DNA from: an uncultured bacterium
GTDB taxonomy: Bacteria; Zixibacteria; MSB-5A5; CAIYYT01
DNA length: 64,000 nt
Direction of reading: 5' to 3'
Assembly: GCA_963726455.1 (NCBI GenBank)
Contig: CAVSCK010000004.1
Coordinates: forward strand, 1,344,001 to 1,408,000
The notes beneath the pieces were generated by a model. The model saw nothing but the letters and a program-made list of their open reading frames with translations, ran no database searches and was not told where the DNA came from. The translations under genes and the position numbers were made by a program. Of this stretch, positions 9,766 to 18,409 are shown one piece after another; position 1 is the first letter of the stretch; the number at the start of each line of letters is the position of its first letter.

Positions 9766-10491
9766 ATGCAGACACACAGAATCAAGATTACAGTGATCGC
9801 GGCGTTCGTGGGATTGTTGCTTCTGGTATGCGGCTGCACAATGGTCGGACTGGCGGCTGGATCGCTGGTAGATGAACACAAACCGAAGCAGAACATACTA
9901 AAAGCCAGTCAATTCCTCGATCTCAAGATCGGTACCCGACTTAGTGTCACATTGAATGACGGCACAACAACTTCCGGAAAGCTCGCGGGACTTACACCTG
10001 CCGAGCACACGCGTTTTCTCGATTCTTATTCACAGGCCCGGTTACACGGTGAAGGGGCGATCTATCTGCCTGCAATCAATGATACCTGTTTTGTGCTGCC
10101 CCAGAAGGGCGTTTGGACGTGCTGTGAATTTGTGGATGTCTCTTATGGCGTCGTCACCGACAGGTGGCGCTTTTGCTTTACCGTGAGACTGCCGGATTCC
10201 AACCTGACGCGGAACTATTGTCTTGATGAAATCGTGGCAATCAAGAACTCAGATGGAGGGTTTGTCACCAGCGAACTCCTAAATAGACTGATCACGGATT
10301 CCGACTACTTAGTGCCATTAGCTGCGGTTGAAATCATTAATGACTTCGGCAGACAGCTAATCCCAATCGAGAATATTGCCTCCGTCGCCGTTCCGAATCA
10401 CAGACATGGACAGCTAATCGGCGGGCTGATCGGCGGTATTCTGGATGCCGCATTGATATCATTAGCTATCGGAATATCGGCATCCATGTAG
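9766..10491 (+). CDS. Hypothetical lipoprotein (paralog of the N-terminal part of 10580..12502)
   Basis: GGAGGGG RBS, lipobox-like LVCGC, Gly-rich hydrophobic segments at both ends. Confidence 0.7.
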   Translation: MQTHRIKITVIAAFVGLLLLVCGCTMVGLAAGSLVDEHKPKQNILKASQFLDLKIGTRLSVTLNDGTTTSGKLAGLTPAEHTRFLDSYSQARLHGEGAIYLPAINDTCFVLPQKGVWTCCEFVDVSYGVVTDRWRFCFTVRLPDSNLTRNYCLDEIVAIKNSDGGFVTSELLNRLITDSDYLVPLAAVEIINDFGRQLIPIENIASVAVPNHRHGQLIGGLIGGILDAALISLAIGISASM

Positions 10492-10579
10492 GAAGTAGGG
10501 CTGAACCTTGATCGCGAGGTACCGGTCGGTCAGTAAGAATGAAGAAAGAAGAGAAGTGTTGAACCCAATGGAGGGGCTT

Positions 10580-12502
10580 ATGCAGACACACAGAATCAAA
10601 GTTACGATGATCGCCGCGTCCCTGGGACTGTTGCTCTTGCAGTGCGGTTGCTCTTTGATCGGATTGGGTATTGGTTCCCTTGTCGATTCCGGGAAACCCA
10701 AGGAGAAATCGGTCGAGATCTGGCAACTAGTCAATGTTAAGCGGGGAACACAGGTCAGGATCGTCACCAACGGCGGCCAGGTAGTATCCGGAGAATTTTG
10801 CGGCGCCACTCTTATGACCCGCGATGCATTTCGCGACGCCTACATACAGGCCCGCCGTGATAATCCGGATTGCCGCGATCTGCCCGCCATCGGCGACACG
10901 GTCGCCTTGTTCGGACGTGGCGGCATGAAGGTCGAGGGTGAATTGGTGGGAGCAGAATTGTCATCGCATGAAGAGGGATGGGACTATTTCGTGCAGGTGC
11001 GCCAACTCCGTGATGATGAGACGCGCTTCTGCAATCTTTCGGATGTCGTCGAGATTCGCAAACCGTCCGGCGACAGAATGACCGCGACCCGTTTTCAGGA
11101 GTTGATTTCATTATTCGGCTCCAAGACCCTGTCGGCAGTCACGCTGTGCGAGGCGGGAGTGCCACACGAGCTTGCGCTGGACACAGTGAGTTTCGTGAAT
11201 GTACCGACCAAGCGGAGCGCAGCAACAACCGGCTTTCTTATCGGCGCGGTGGTAGACGCCACTATTATCGTCATCGCCGTGGCTGCATCACAGCATGATG
11301 ATCCGCCACCGTCGCCACCGAGTTCGGATTCGACCATTACGGGGTGTCCATTCTTCTATAGTTACGACGGCAGCGGGTATACTTTGGATGCCGAGCCATT
11401 GGGGGCGGTCGTCTGCCAAGCCATGCAGAAGAGTGATCTCGTTTTGCTTCAGCATCTTCAGGAATCGGAAGGCCAGTACCGCATACGTGTCACCAGCGAG
11501 TTGGCGGAAACTGAAGTGCTGGATGAAGTCAGACTGCTTGCAGTCGACTGTCCCGATTCCATTGAGGTCATACCTTCGTCCAACGGCAGCTTGCACACTT
11601 TCACTTCGTCGAATTATCCAATTCGCGCATACAATTATTGCGGCGCCGATATTCTCCGACAGGTGAAGGCCAGGGATGACGAATGCTGGATCAGCAATCC
11701 ATTTGGCAGAGATCCACACGCAGCCGATCAACTTCGGGATGGCGTCGAACTGGAATTTACCAAACCGGCATCCGCCAAGAGAGTGAAGCTTGCGGTTTGT
11801 TCTCAGAATACCAAGTGGGGCGCGGAAAAGCTGAATGGGGTGATCAAGCTGCTGGGGTCGGAAGCTGACAACTGGTACACCCAGTTGGCTGCCTCTCCAT
11901 TGGCCAAGACAGCGCTGGAACAGGCAATGATTCGTGAAGGTATGCTCACGATCAAGTTGTGGAATGGTGTCTCGTGGACCGACGCCGGATTCATCTGGGC
12001 GGTTGGACCGAGACTCGAGAAGACTGAGTCAGTCGAATTGGACATCAGCAAAATTCAGGGCGAACGGCTCAAAATTCGTCTCGAATCCACCGCCGGATTC
12101 TGGATGATCAATAATGTGATGGTTGATTATTCCGCTGATCGGCAATTACAGGTCACCGAGCTGTCGGCTGTCGCCGCAACCGACTATCAGGGTCATGATC
12201 TGCAAACTTTGCTCGCCAAAAGCGACAACAAATATTATGTCATGCCGACGAATGCAGATCGCGCCGATATCGTTTTCGATGCGCCGCCGCTTGAGCCGGG
12301 AATGACGCGCACACTGATTCTGAAATGTTCCGGGTATTACAACATTCATATTCCCGCCAACAGCGAACCACACCTGACGTTAATGGCGCAGCTAATCAGC
12401 CAGCCGGGCGCTTTCGGCCACTGGGCGCTGGACGCACTGGAACGGGAAGTACCTGAGATGTTTATGGTTAACAAGAAAATGTTGGCTCGATCGTCGGATT
12501 GA
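10580..12502 (+). CDS. Hypothetical lipoprotein with a large C-terminal domain
   Basis: Same RBS and N-terminus as 9766 (MQTHRIK...LQCGC), internal hydrophobic helix, Pro-rich linker, then a domain beginning GCPFFYSYDG. Confidence 0.75.
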   Translation: MQTHRIKVTMIAASLGLLLLQCGCSLIGLGIGSLVDSGKPKEKSVEIWQLVNVKRGTQVRIVTNGGQVVSGEFCGATLMTRDAFRDAYIQARRDNPDCRDLPAIGDTVALFGRGGMKVEGELVGAELSSHEEGWDYFVQVRQLRDDETRFCNLSDVVEIRKPSGDRMTATRFQELISLFGSKTLSAVTLCEAGVPHELALDTVSFVNVPTKRSAATTGFLIGAVVDATIIVIAVAASQHDDPPPSPPSSDSTITGCPFFYSYDGSGYTLDAEPLGAVVCQAMQKSDLVLLQHLQESEGQYRIRVTSELAETEVLDEVRLLAVDCPDSIEVIPSSNGSLHTFTSSNYPIRAYNYCGADILRQVKARDDECWISNPFGRDPHAADQLRDGVELEFTKPASAKRVKLAVCSQNTKWGAEKLNGVIKLLGSEADNWYTQLAASPLAKTALEQAMIREGMLTIKLWNGVSWTDAGFIWAVGPRLEKTESVELDISKIQGERLKIRLESTAGFWMINNVMVDYSADRQLQVTELSAVAATDYQGHDLQTLLAKSDNKYYVMPTNADRADIVFDAPPLEPGMTRTLILKCSGYYNIHIPANSEPHLTLMAQLISQPGAFGHWALDALEREVPEMFMVNKKMLARSSD

Positions 12503-12632
12503 AACGCCTTTCGACAAAGGATAAGTACTGATCGATCCCATAAGTAGAGGGCAGTGTTGACGGGCTTCCGGGCGATACTGGTTGCCGGTCCGGCGAACCG
12601 TCGTAACAGACTGCCTTGAAAGGCAAGGTCTT

Positions 12633-13457
12633 ATGGGATCAAATCAGAACGACTTCCCTAATTACAAGACGAACAATCCAATCGCGCGAAAGCCATTAGC
12701 TTATCGCTGCCTGGCGTTGACCGGCTCGTTTGAAACCGGTCTCTCGATTCCCTATTGTTTCAGCGCCATCGCCGGGAACTTTGACGGCAAGGGCCTGAGC
12801 TTCGGCGTCCTGCAGTGGAATTTCGGTCAGGGCACACTGCAACCCCTGTTGGCCGAAATGCTGCTCGCCGATCCCGGCGCCATGAAATCCATCTTCGGCG
12901 AACGACTCAATCACCTTCAACAGGCGCTCAATTCCTCGCAAAAAGCAACGCTCGAATTTGCGCACGGCATCCAGCATCCGATCAAACATTTCATTTTCGA
13001 ACCCTGGCACAGCATGTTCACAAAACTGGGTGAATCGGAACAATTCCGTACCATCCAAATGAACTCCGTCGCTCCACGCTTTAAAAGTGCGGTCCAGCTT
13101 TGTGCAACTTTTAATCTCAAATCCGAACGCGCTGTTGCCTTGATGTTCGATATTCAGGTGCAAAACGGCGGCATCCCTGCCCGCTTGCGACGGCTAATAC
13201 GACAGCACATCGCCTTCCTCCCCGCCTCCCTCGGCGGTCTCGACCACGAAGTTCAGAATCTGCGCGTGATTGCCAATATCCGCGCTGCTGGCTGTCGTCC
13301 GCGCTGGGTCGCTGATGTCCTCGCCCGCAAACTTTGCTGCGCCGAAGGCAATGGAGTGGTCCACGGAATCAGCTACGATCTTGAAACCGATTTTGGAATC
13401 GGACTCAGGCCCTTTGATTTTCGCCGTGTCTGCAATGACGAGAAAAAGTGTACCTAA
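12633..13457 (+). CDS. Putative lysozyme-like peptidoglycan hydrolase domain protein
   Basis: CLALTGSFETG...AGNFDGKGLSFGVLQWNFGQGTLQPLL and SERAVALMFDI.VQNG resemble the catalytic region of proteins usually annotated as peptidoglycan-binding proteins. Family assignment is from memory. Confidence 0.6.
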   Translation: MGSNQNDFPNYKTNNPIARKPLAYRCLALTGSFETGLSIPYCFSAIAGNFDGKGLSFGVLQWNFGQGTLQPLLAEMLLADPGAMKSIFGERLNHLQQALNSSQKATLEFAHGIQHPIKHFIFEPWHSMFTKLGESEQFRTIQMNSVAPRFKSAVQLCATFNLKSERAVALMFDIQVQNGGIPARLRRLIRQHIAFLPASLGGLDHEVQNLRVIANIRAAGCRPRWVADVLARKLCCAEGNGVVHGISYDLETDFGIGLRPFDFRRVCNDEKKCT

Positions 13458-13707
13458 AAAAGTGAGACCCTTTCCTCTGGGAGAGGATGAGGGTCTCGTG
13501 CACCGATGTAGAATGACAGGACGAATCGCTTCGTCGAATTGTTTAACACATAAATCAAAGAATTTGTTTCTGATTTTTTCGTCAATGGGGACACATTTTT
13601 TAGGCAATATTTTCAGGGAAAAAATCCGCATCGGAAATGCGGAATGATGGACACCTTTTGACCACCTTAGAGCCTGTTTTTCATGACACAACGATGACAT
13701 TCGCGAC

Positions 13708-13805
13708 AAATAAAAAGGAGCTCCTCCCTCACAAAGGAGCTCCTCAATCCCCTCCCCTACAGTACCCTTCACCGCCATTCTGTTTCCAAGAGTAACTGAC
13801 TTCAG
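13708..13805 (-). ncRNA. Candidate sigma54-dependent small RNA (~100 nt)
   Basis: Bounded by a -24/-12 promoter (13816-13831) and an intrinsic terminator (13711-13744). No complete ORF inside. No known family recognised. Confidence 0.4.
13711..13744 (-). terminator. Intrinsic terminator
   Basis: Minus strand AGGAGCTCCT-TTGTGAGGG-AGGAGCTCCT followed by TTTTATTT. Confidence 0.65.
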
Positions 13806-13815
13806 CTACAGTATA

Positions 13816-13870
13816 AGCAGAAGCCGTGCCCAAATCCGATCTGAACACGGTGATTTGCAATAAGTTGATT
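13816..13870 (-). promoter_or_regulatory. Putative sigma54 promoter with an upstream IHF site
   Basis: Minus strand GGGCACGGCTTCTGCT (GG-N10-GC) at 13831-13816, and AATCAACTTATTG, an exact WATCAANNNNTTR match, at 13870-13858. Confidence 0.6.
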
Positions 13871-14085
13871 TTCAACAACTTACGTGGAAGATGAAGATTT
13901 CTGTGGAACACGGTCGAGTGGCCGCCGCAGAATGTGCCGGGGAAAAACGATCTCGGCGACCTCCGCTAGTCACTCAATATATTGTGAAACAACAGGTTAC
14001 AAGAGCGCAGGTTTTGCGTTTATGTAGAGTATTAAAGGCGAGACAAACTTTGACTGCTAATTCGTCCAATCCGATGGCCAAATCC

Positions 14086-15492
14086 CTATTTGGACGCCTT
14101 CTTTGGAACATGAACCGACAGGCCGTGGACATCGTGAACGGCCTCCATAATGGCCTCAGACAGCACAGGATGCGCGTGAATCATGTTACCCAGATCTGAT
14201 GCGGTCATTTTCTGACGGATCGCCAGGCCTAGTTCATGGATGATATCGGTCGCATGTGCTCCAACAATATGTGCGCCCAGGATCAGGTCGGTCTTCTTGT
14301 CGGCAATGATCTTGACACCGCCGGCGATGTCGCCCTCGGCTTTGGATTTGCCGAGAGTCCGGAAGGGATAGTTGCCGATGCTGAGTTCGTAGCCCAGCTC
14401 CTCGGCCTTTTGCTGGGTCAGCCCGACCGAACCAACCTCGGGATCGGTGAAGATCGTAAAGGGCACGCCTGCATAATCTGCGACTGTCGCTTGACCAAGA
14501 GCGTTGGCGACTGCTACAGTGCCCTCGTAGGACGCTGTATAGGCCAACAGGTAGACGCCAGCGACGTCGCCGATGGCATAGACGCCCGGTACTGAAGTTT
14601 CCATCTTGTCGTTGACTTTGATCGAGCCATTCCGGTTCAGCTCACAGCCGACGGCCTCGAGGTTGATGTCGTCGGTGTTGAATGATCTTCCGACGGATAC
14701 CAGCACCTTCTCGGTGGTTATGGCTTTGCCCGATTCGAGATTGCAGGTTGCGCCTCCGGTACTCTGGGTGACAGAAGACACCTTTTCGCCGAGATAGAAT
14801 TCGACGCCTTTCTTCTTCATTTCACGTTCCATGGTTTTGGAGGTGTCGATGTCTTCCATCGGCAACAGATGCGGCAGCATCTCGACGATCGTCACTTTCG
14901 TACCGAATTCGGCAAGCAGACTGGCGAATTCGCAGCCGATGACGCCGCCGCCGATGATCGTGATCGACTGCGGAATTGACTTGGGGTAGATCATTTCGTC
15001 GGATGAAATGATCGTGTCGCCGTTGAACGGGAATGCCTTCATGTTCATCGGACGCGAGCCGGTCGCGATGATGATTTTGTCGGCCTCGACCTGAACAATT
15101 CCGCCATCGGCTTTCTCGACGGAGATGTGATTCTTGTCGTCGAAGGTGCCGAAGCCATTGTAGGTCTGTACGCCGTAGGATTTGAACAGAAATCCGACGC
15201 CTGAGACCAGTTCGTTGACGATTTTGTTTTTGCGGTTGACCATCGCCTCGATGTTGATTGAGGCGCCGCCGTTCAAGTTGATCCCGAACTCGGAGGCTTC
15301 CTTAATCTTCTTATAGAGATGCGCGGTGGCGATGAAGGTCTTGGTCGGAATGCAACCCCAGTTGAGGCAGATACCGCCCAGTTTGTCTTCCTCGATGCAG
15401 CAAACCTTGGCGCCCAATTGTGCCGCCCTGATTGCCGCCACATAGCCGCCCGGTCCACCGCCTAAAACTGCTATATCAAATTTATCCGGCAT
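14086..15492 (-). CDS. lpdA: Dihydrolipoamide dehydrogenase
   Basis: GGGPGGYVAAIRAAQLG, redox motif GGICLNWGCIPTK, GGGVIGCE, C-terminal HAHPVLSE. Confidence 0.97.
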   Translation of the reverse strand: MPDKFDIAVLGGGPGGYVAAIRAAQLGAKVCCIEEDKLGGICLNWGCIPTKTFIATAHLYKKIKEASEFGINLNGGASINIEAMVNRKNKIVNELVSGVGFLFKSYGVQTYNGFGTFDDKNHISVEKADGGIVQVEADKIIIATGSRPMNMKAFPFNGDTIISSDEMIYPKSIPQSITIIGGGVIGCEFASLLAEFGTKVTIVEMLPHLLPMEDIDTSKTMEREMKKKGVEFYLGEKVSSVTQSTGGATCNLESGKAITTEKVLVSVGRSFNTDDINLEAVGCELNRNGSIKVNDKMETSVPGVYAIGDVAGVYLLAYTASYEGTVAVANALGQATVADYAGVPFTIFTDPEVGSVGLTQQKAEELGYELSIGNYPFRTLGKSKAEGDIAGGVKIIADKKTDLILGAHIVGAHATDIIHELGLAIRQKMTASDLGNMIHAHPVLSEAIMEAVHDVHGLSVHVPKKASK

Positions 15493-15694
15493 TATCGAAA
15501 CCCTCTTATTAGTCGTCCACTTTCAGGTACTACGAACGAACGGATAAGTTACGTGAAGCATTGGAAAAGTAAAGCGGAAATGGGGACACGACCGCCCGGG
15601 CGCAGTTCGGCCACGCCTCTCGGTACTGCAAATCGAGATTGCTTCGTCGTTCTCCGAGGAAGGGAACCCATGATGGACTTGTGTATGGTACCGG

Positions 15695-15759
15695 ATGTCG
15701 AAACCCCTTGGCGGCGTGCCTTTGAAGATGTTCATTTCTCCACTGGGGTTTCGACCTAC
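15695..15759. repeat. REP-like palindromic element, copy 1
   Basis: GTCGAAACCCC...GGGGTTTCGAC inverted ends, reading GTAGGTCGAAACCCC on the minus strand. Near-identical copy at 17250-17315. Confidence 0.75.
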
Positions 15760-16123
15760 CTCATTGTTTACATTCTGTTCTGTTTCAAGCTCTTTTCTTC
15801 CTTTCAAAAACGAGAAGCGTAGCGCTACGCAAAGCGTGTCACCAACGTTGTAACTCGGACGGGCAAACGTGGGCGCCCGAAAAGTTCACTCAGCGCTGAG
15901 TTGGCGGCAAGCCGAGGTCGCCGGTACGAGTTCGTTCGCACCATCCGACGTCGATGACAACGCCTCCTCTACTTATAGGCGCGATGCAGCTTTTTGGTGT
16001 TCCGCACTACAAAAGCCGTTCGATTGGCGCAGGTTCAAGTGGGAGTTTGCGTTAGCGGAGGTTGAGTATCGGAGGCAGAGTGAAGTCGGGCAACGTGGTG
16101 TTCGGAGTGTGGAAAAATATTTT

Positions 16124-16161
16124 GAAAAAAAGTTGCCGGCGGGAAAGGATTCCCGACGGCG
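16124..16161 (-). terminator. Putative intrinsic terminator of the Abi-like gene
   Basis: Minus strand GCCGTCGGGAA-TCCT-TTCCCGCCGGC hairpin followed by AAC and a T run. Confidence 0.5.
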
Positions 16162-16240
16162 CGGGGAAGTTGGCGATCGTGATTCCAGACTGTCTGCAAC
16201 CCGCTCATCGCCAAAATGCTCACGATCGTTTCGAGTGTTC

Positions 16241-17104
16241 CTAGCTTTCCGACTTCCCGAACGCCAAAGGATCAATTAGATCCTCGTGTCTACGAGCGAA
16301 AAGCCGACTGGCGTCGAGTTGCTTGAAGAGAGAGTACTTCTCTGCCAAGGGCTTGAATTTCTCCCTTCCCTTCTCACTCAAGCAGTCATAGAAGATTAGA
16401 ATTAGTTCGTCCAATGAAAGCCGTGATCTTATAAGATTAGTGTAAAACTTGCTGTTCTCGATCTCACTTTGATCAATGAACTTGATAATATTATAAAGTG
16501 TCCGGAAGTAGTAACCAAAATCCGACTCATACTTTAGGAAATTTCGCATGAACACCTTGTTTATCGTGTCCATTTCAGAGTCGCCCGAATTCATTGCGGC
16601 TCCTTTAAATTCAGATTTCAGCACCCTGTTCATTTCCTCAAAGGCGTCCCGGCCCACGAACCGAGCCTTAATTGCCTTGCTACGTTCTGTCATCGTCAAC
16701 CTGTCAAGGGTGTAATCATAGATCTTCAGAAGCTCGAAAAAGGAAGTCTCGAACCTCTGCTGCCTGAGGGTGATATTCTGAGCCTCTAACTGCTCTTTCT
16801 GTCCGCGTAGTTCGGCCCGCGTTTGCTCCAGTTCCTCTCGCTGCAATCTCAATTCGTCCGATTGTACTCTGAGCTGTTGACGCTGCAACCTTATCGATAT
16901 ATAGAAGGCGACAAACGCAAAAGCGGAGACCAGTACCGAAGCGACTGCGAAGAAGTCTCCAACAAGTGAATATGTCGGGACACTTCCAGTAGGAACACGA
17001 TTTACTATCCAGAGGACCGCAAAAATCGCAAATGCCCAGATTACCCCCACCACCCATAGAATCCGACTCAAACTAGCCACGTGTTCCTGCGATTCGTCTG
17101 ACAT
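16241..17104 (-). CDS. Putative phage abortive infection protein (putAbiC-like) with two N-terminal TM helices and a coiled coil
   Basis: QQRFETSFFELL...GRDAF...YFRTLYNIIKFID...KFYTNLIRSRLS.DEL.LIFY.CL...KFKPL.EKY.LF matches the pattern of the putative abortive infection family. Visibly more AT-rich than its neighbours. Confidence 0.75.
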   Translation of the reverse strand: MSDESQEHVASLSRILWVVGVIWAFAIFAVLWIVNRVPTGSVPTYSLVGDFFAVASVLVSAFAFVAFYISIRLQRQQLRVQSDELRLQREELEQTRAELRGQKEQLEAQNITLRQQRFETSFFELLKIYDYTLDRLTMTERSKAIKARFVGRDAFEEMNRVLKSEFKGAAMNSGDSEMDTINKVFMRNFLKYESDFGYYFRTLYNIIKFIDQSEIENSKFYTNLIRSRLSLDELILIFYDCLSEKGREKFKPLAEKYSLFKQLDASRLFARRHEDLIDPLAFGKSES

Positions 17105-17249
17105 TTTTTCTCCTATGACAAGACAAACCTATAATGACTCGTAAGAAACATCAACAATAAAATCGACTAGCAGGCGAAGTCGTTTCCTTTTTCGCACGTC
17201 CCACTTGGGCAACAGGCGCCGCACGTCGTAATCGTGCCGGAACTATCAC

Positions 17250-17315
17250 ATGTCGAAACCCCTCGGCGGCGTGTCCTTGAGGATTTTCTTTTTTCTACTA
17301 GGGGTTTCGACTTAC
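17250..17315. repeat. REP-like palindromic element, copy 2
   Basis: ATGTCGAAACCCCTCGGCGGCGTG...GGGGTTTCGACTTAC, same orientation as copy 1. Confidence 0.75.
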
Positions 17316-17443
17316 TCAACTTTGGATGCGTCGGTTCACAATTTTCGCGCTGGGGATCAATCGTGTCAGAGGTTTGCGAGGGACTGCGCGAAATCAGGAA
17401 CCGACGCAACAGCGTCAGCATTACTTGTGGGGCACCCGCGCAC

Positions 17444-18409
17444 CTACTTGTAAAGATTCGGAATCTCAGGCAGGCGATTCTCCGGGACGAAGAGATAATT
17501 CGAATTCTTCAGAGTTGGGTCGGCAATGATATGATCTTTGGGGATCAGGCCGTGATCGGTGATCCAGAAGTATTTGTAGCCGAGAGGATCCAGAAGTTGA
17601 TGCAGCCGGGCTGAATTGGCCTCGGGGTTCACCTCGCATATGATCAAAGGCGTGCTTGACTTGATGGTGTTTATCCCCCCTGCGAAGACCAAATGCTCAG
17701 TTGATTCCGTGTCGGCTTTGATCAGGTCAATCTTCCCCAGCGAATGCTCAGCTGCAAAGGTGTCGAGCGTGATGCAAGTTACAGTTATGGTATCGCAATT
17801 GTCGCGGAATTGCGGCGCGAGCGACGAGGTCAGGGGGAACGTCTGGAAATCTCTGGGAATATACATCGGCATTTCGCCGTTAACATCAGTGACGGCCAGG
17901 TTATATGTGCGCAGTCGCCGAGAATCATTGCGCTCGGCATTGCGTCTGAGGCAATTGTAGATCGACGGAACCGGCTCGAATGCGTAGACGTCCGCATCGG
18001 GGTTGCTTGCCATTGCCGTCAGCGCAAAGACCCCGGAGTTGGCGCCGATATCCAAAACGATTCGGGAACGCTGCGCCAGCTTGCAGAAAAGGGAAAGCGT
18101 CTCGGATTCGTATCTGTCAAGACCAAGCCAGTAGACTGCCGAGGCGATGCGATCATCTCCGTCGTTGACCATGACAAAATGACCAGCGGCGCGCGTGCGG
18201 ATGTCAATCGCTCCCACGATCGGGATCCGCGCGACGTTTGCATCCGAAAGAATTGTTCTAAGCGGCTGCTTAAGCAGGCGGATGATTCGGTTGACAGGTA
18301 GAAGGCAGACCAACCACTTGAGCAGACGCTTGATTCGATACTTGGGCAGTATCCTACCCCTCCCACTTCGGCAACAGGCATCGCACGTCATGATTATGGC
18401 GGAAGCCAA
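17444..18409 (-). CDS. FkbM family methyltransferase
   Basis: VLDIGANSG, VYAFEPVP, IDLIKADTES.E motifs. The true start is probably near 18349, just after the upstream stop codon. Confidence 0.88.
   Translation of the reverse strand: MASAIIMTCDACCRSGRGRILPKYRIKRLLKWLVCLLPVNRIIRLLKQPLRTILSDANVARIPIVGAIDIRTRAAGHFVMVNDGDDRIASAVYWLGLDRYESETLSLFCKLAQRSRIVLDIGANSGVFALTAMASNPDADVYAFEPVPSIYNCLRRNAERNDSRRLRTYNLAVTDVNGEMPMYIPRDFQTFPLTSSLAPQFRDNCDTITVTCITLDTFAAEHSLGKIDLIKADTESTEHLVFAGGINTIKSSTPLIICEVNPEANSARLHQLLDPLGYKYFWITDHGLIPKDHIIADPTLKNSNYLFVPENRLPEIPNLYK

Noticed and set aside
13194-13778. 194-aa minus-strand ORF downstream of the sigma54 motif
   Set aside because: It runs through a terminator hairpin and AT-rich tracts, overlaps the 12633 gene, has no good RBS and does not look protein-like. 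It cannot be fully excluded without proteomics.
16160-16240. Integron attC site after the Abi-like gene
   Set aside because: No complementary RYYYAAC/GTTRRRY box pair was found, and there is no integrase in the window.
17444-18409. FkbM methyltransferase as part of the FkbH/ACP pathway
   Set aside because: It lies ~30 kb away and the family is broad. The shared 'Fkb' name is not evidence of a link.
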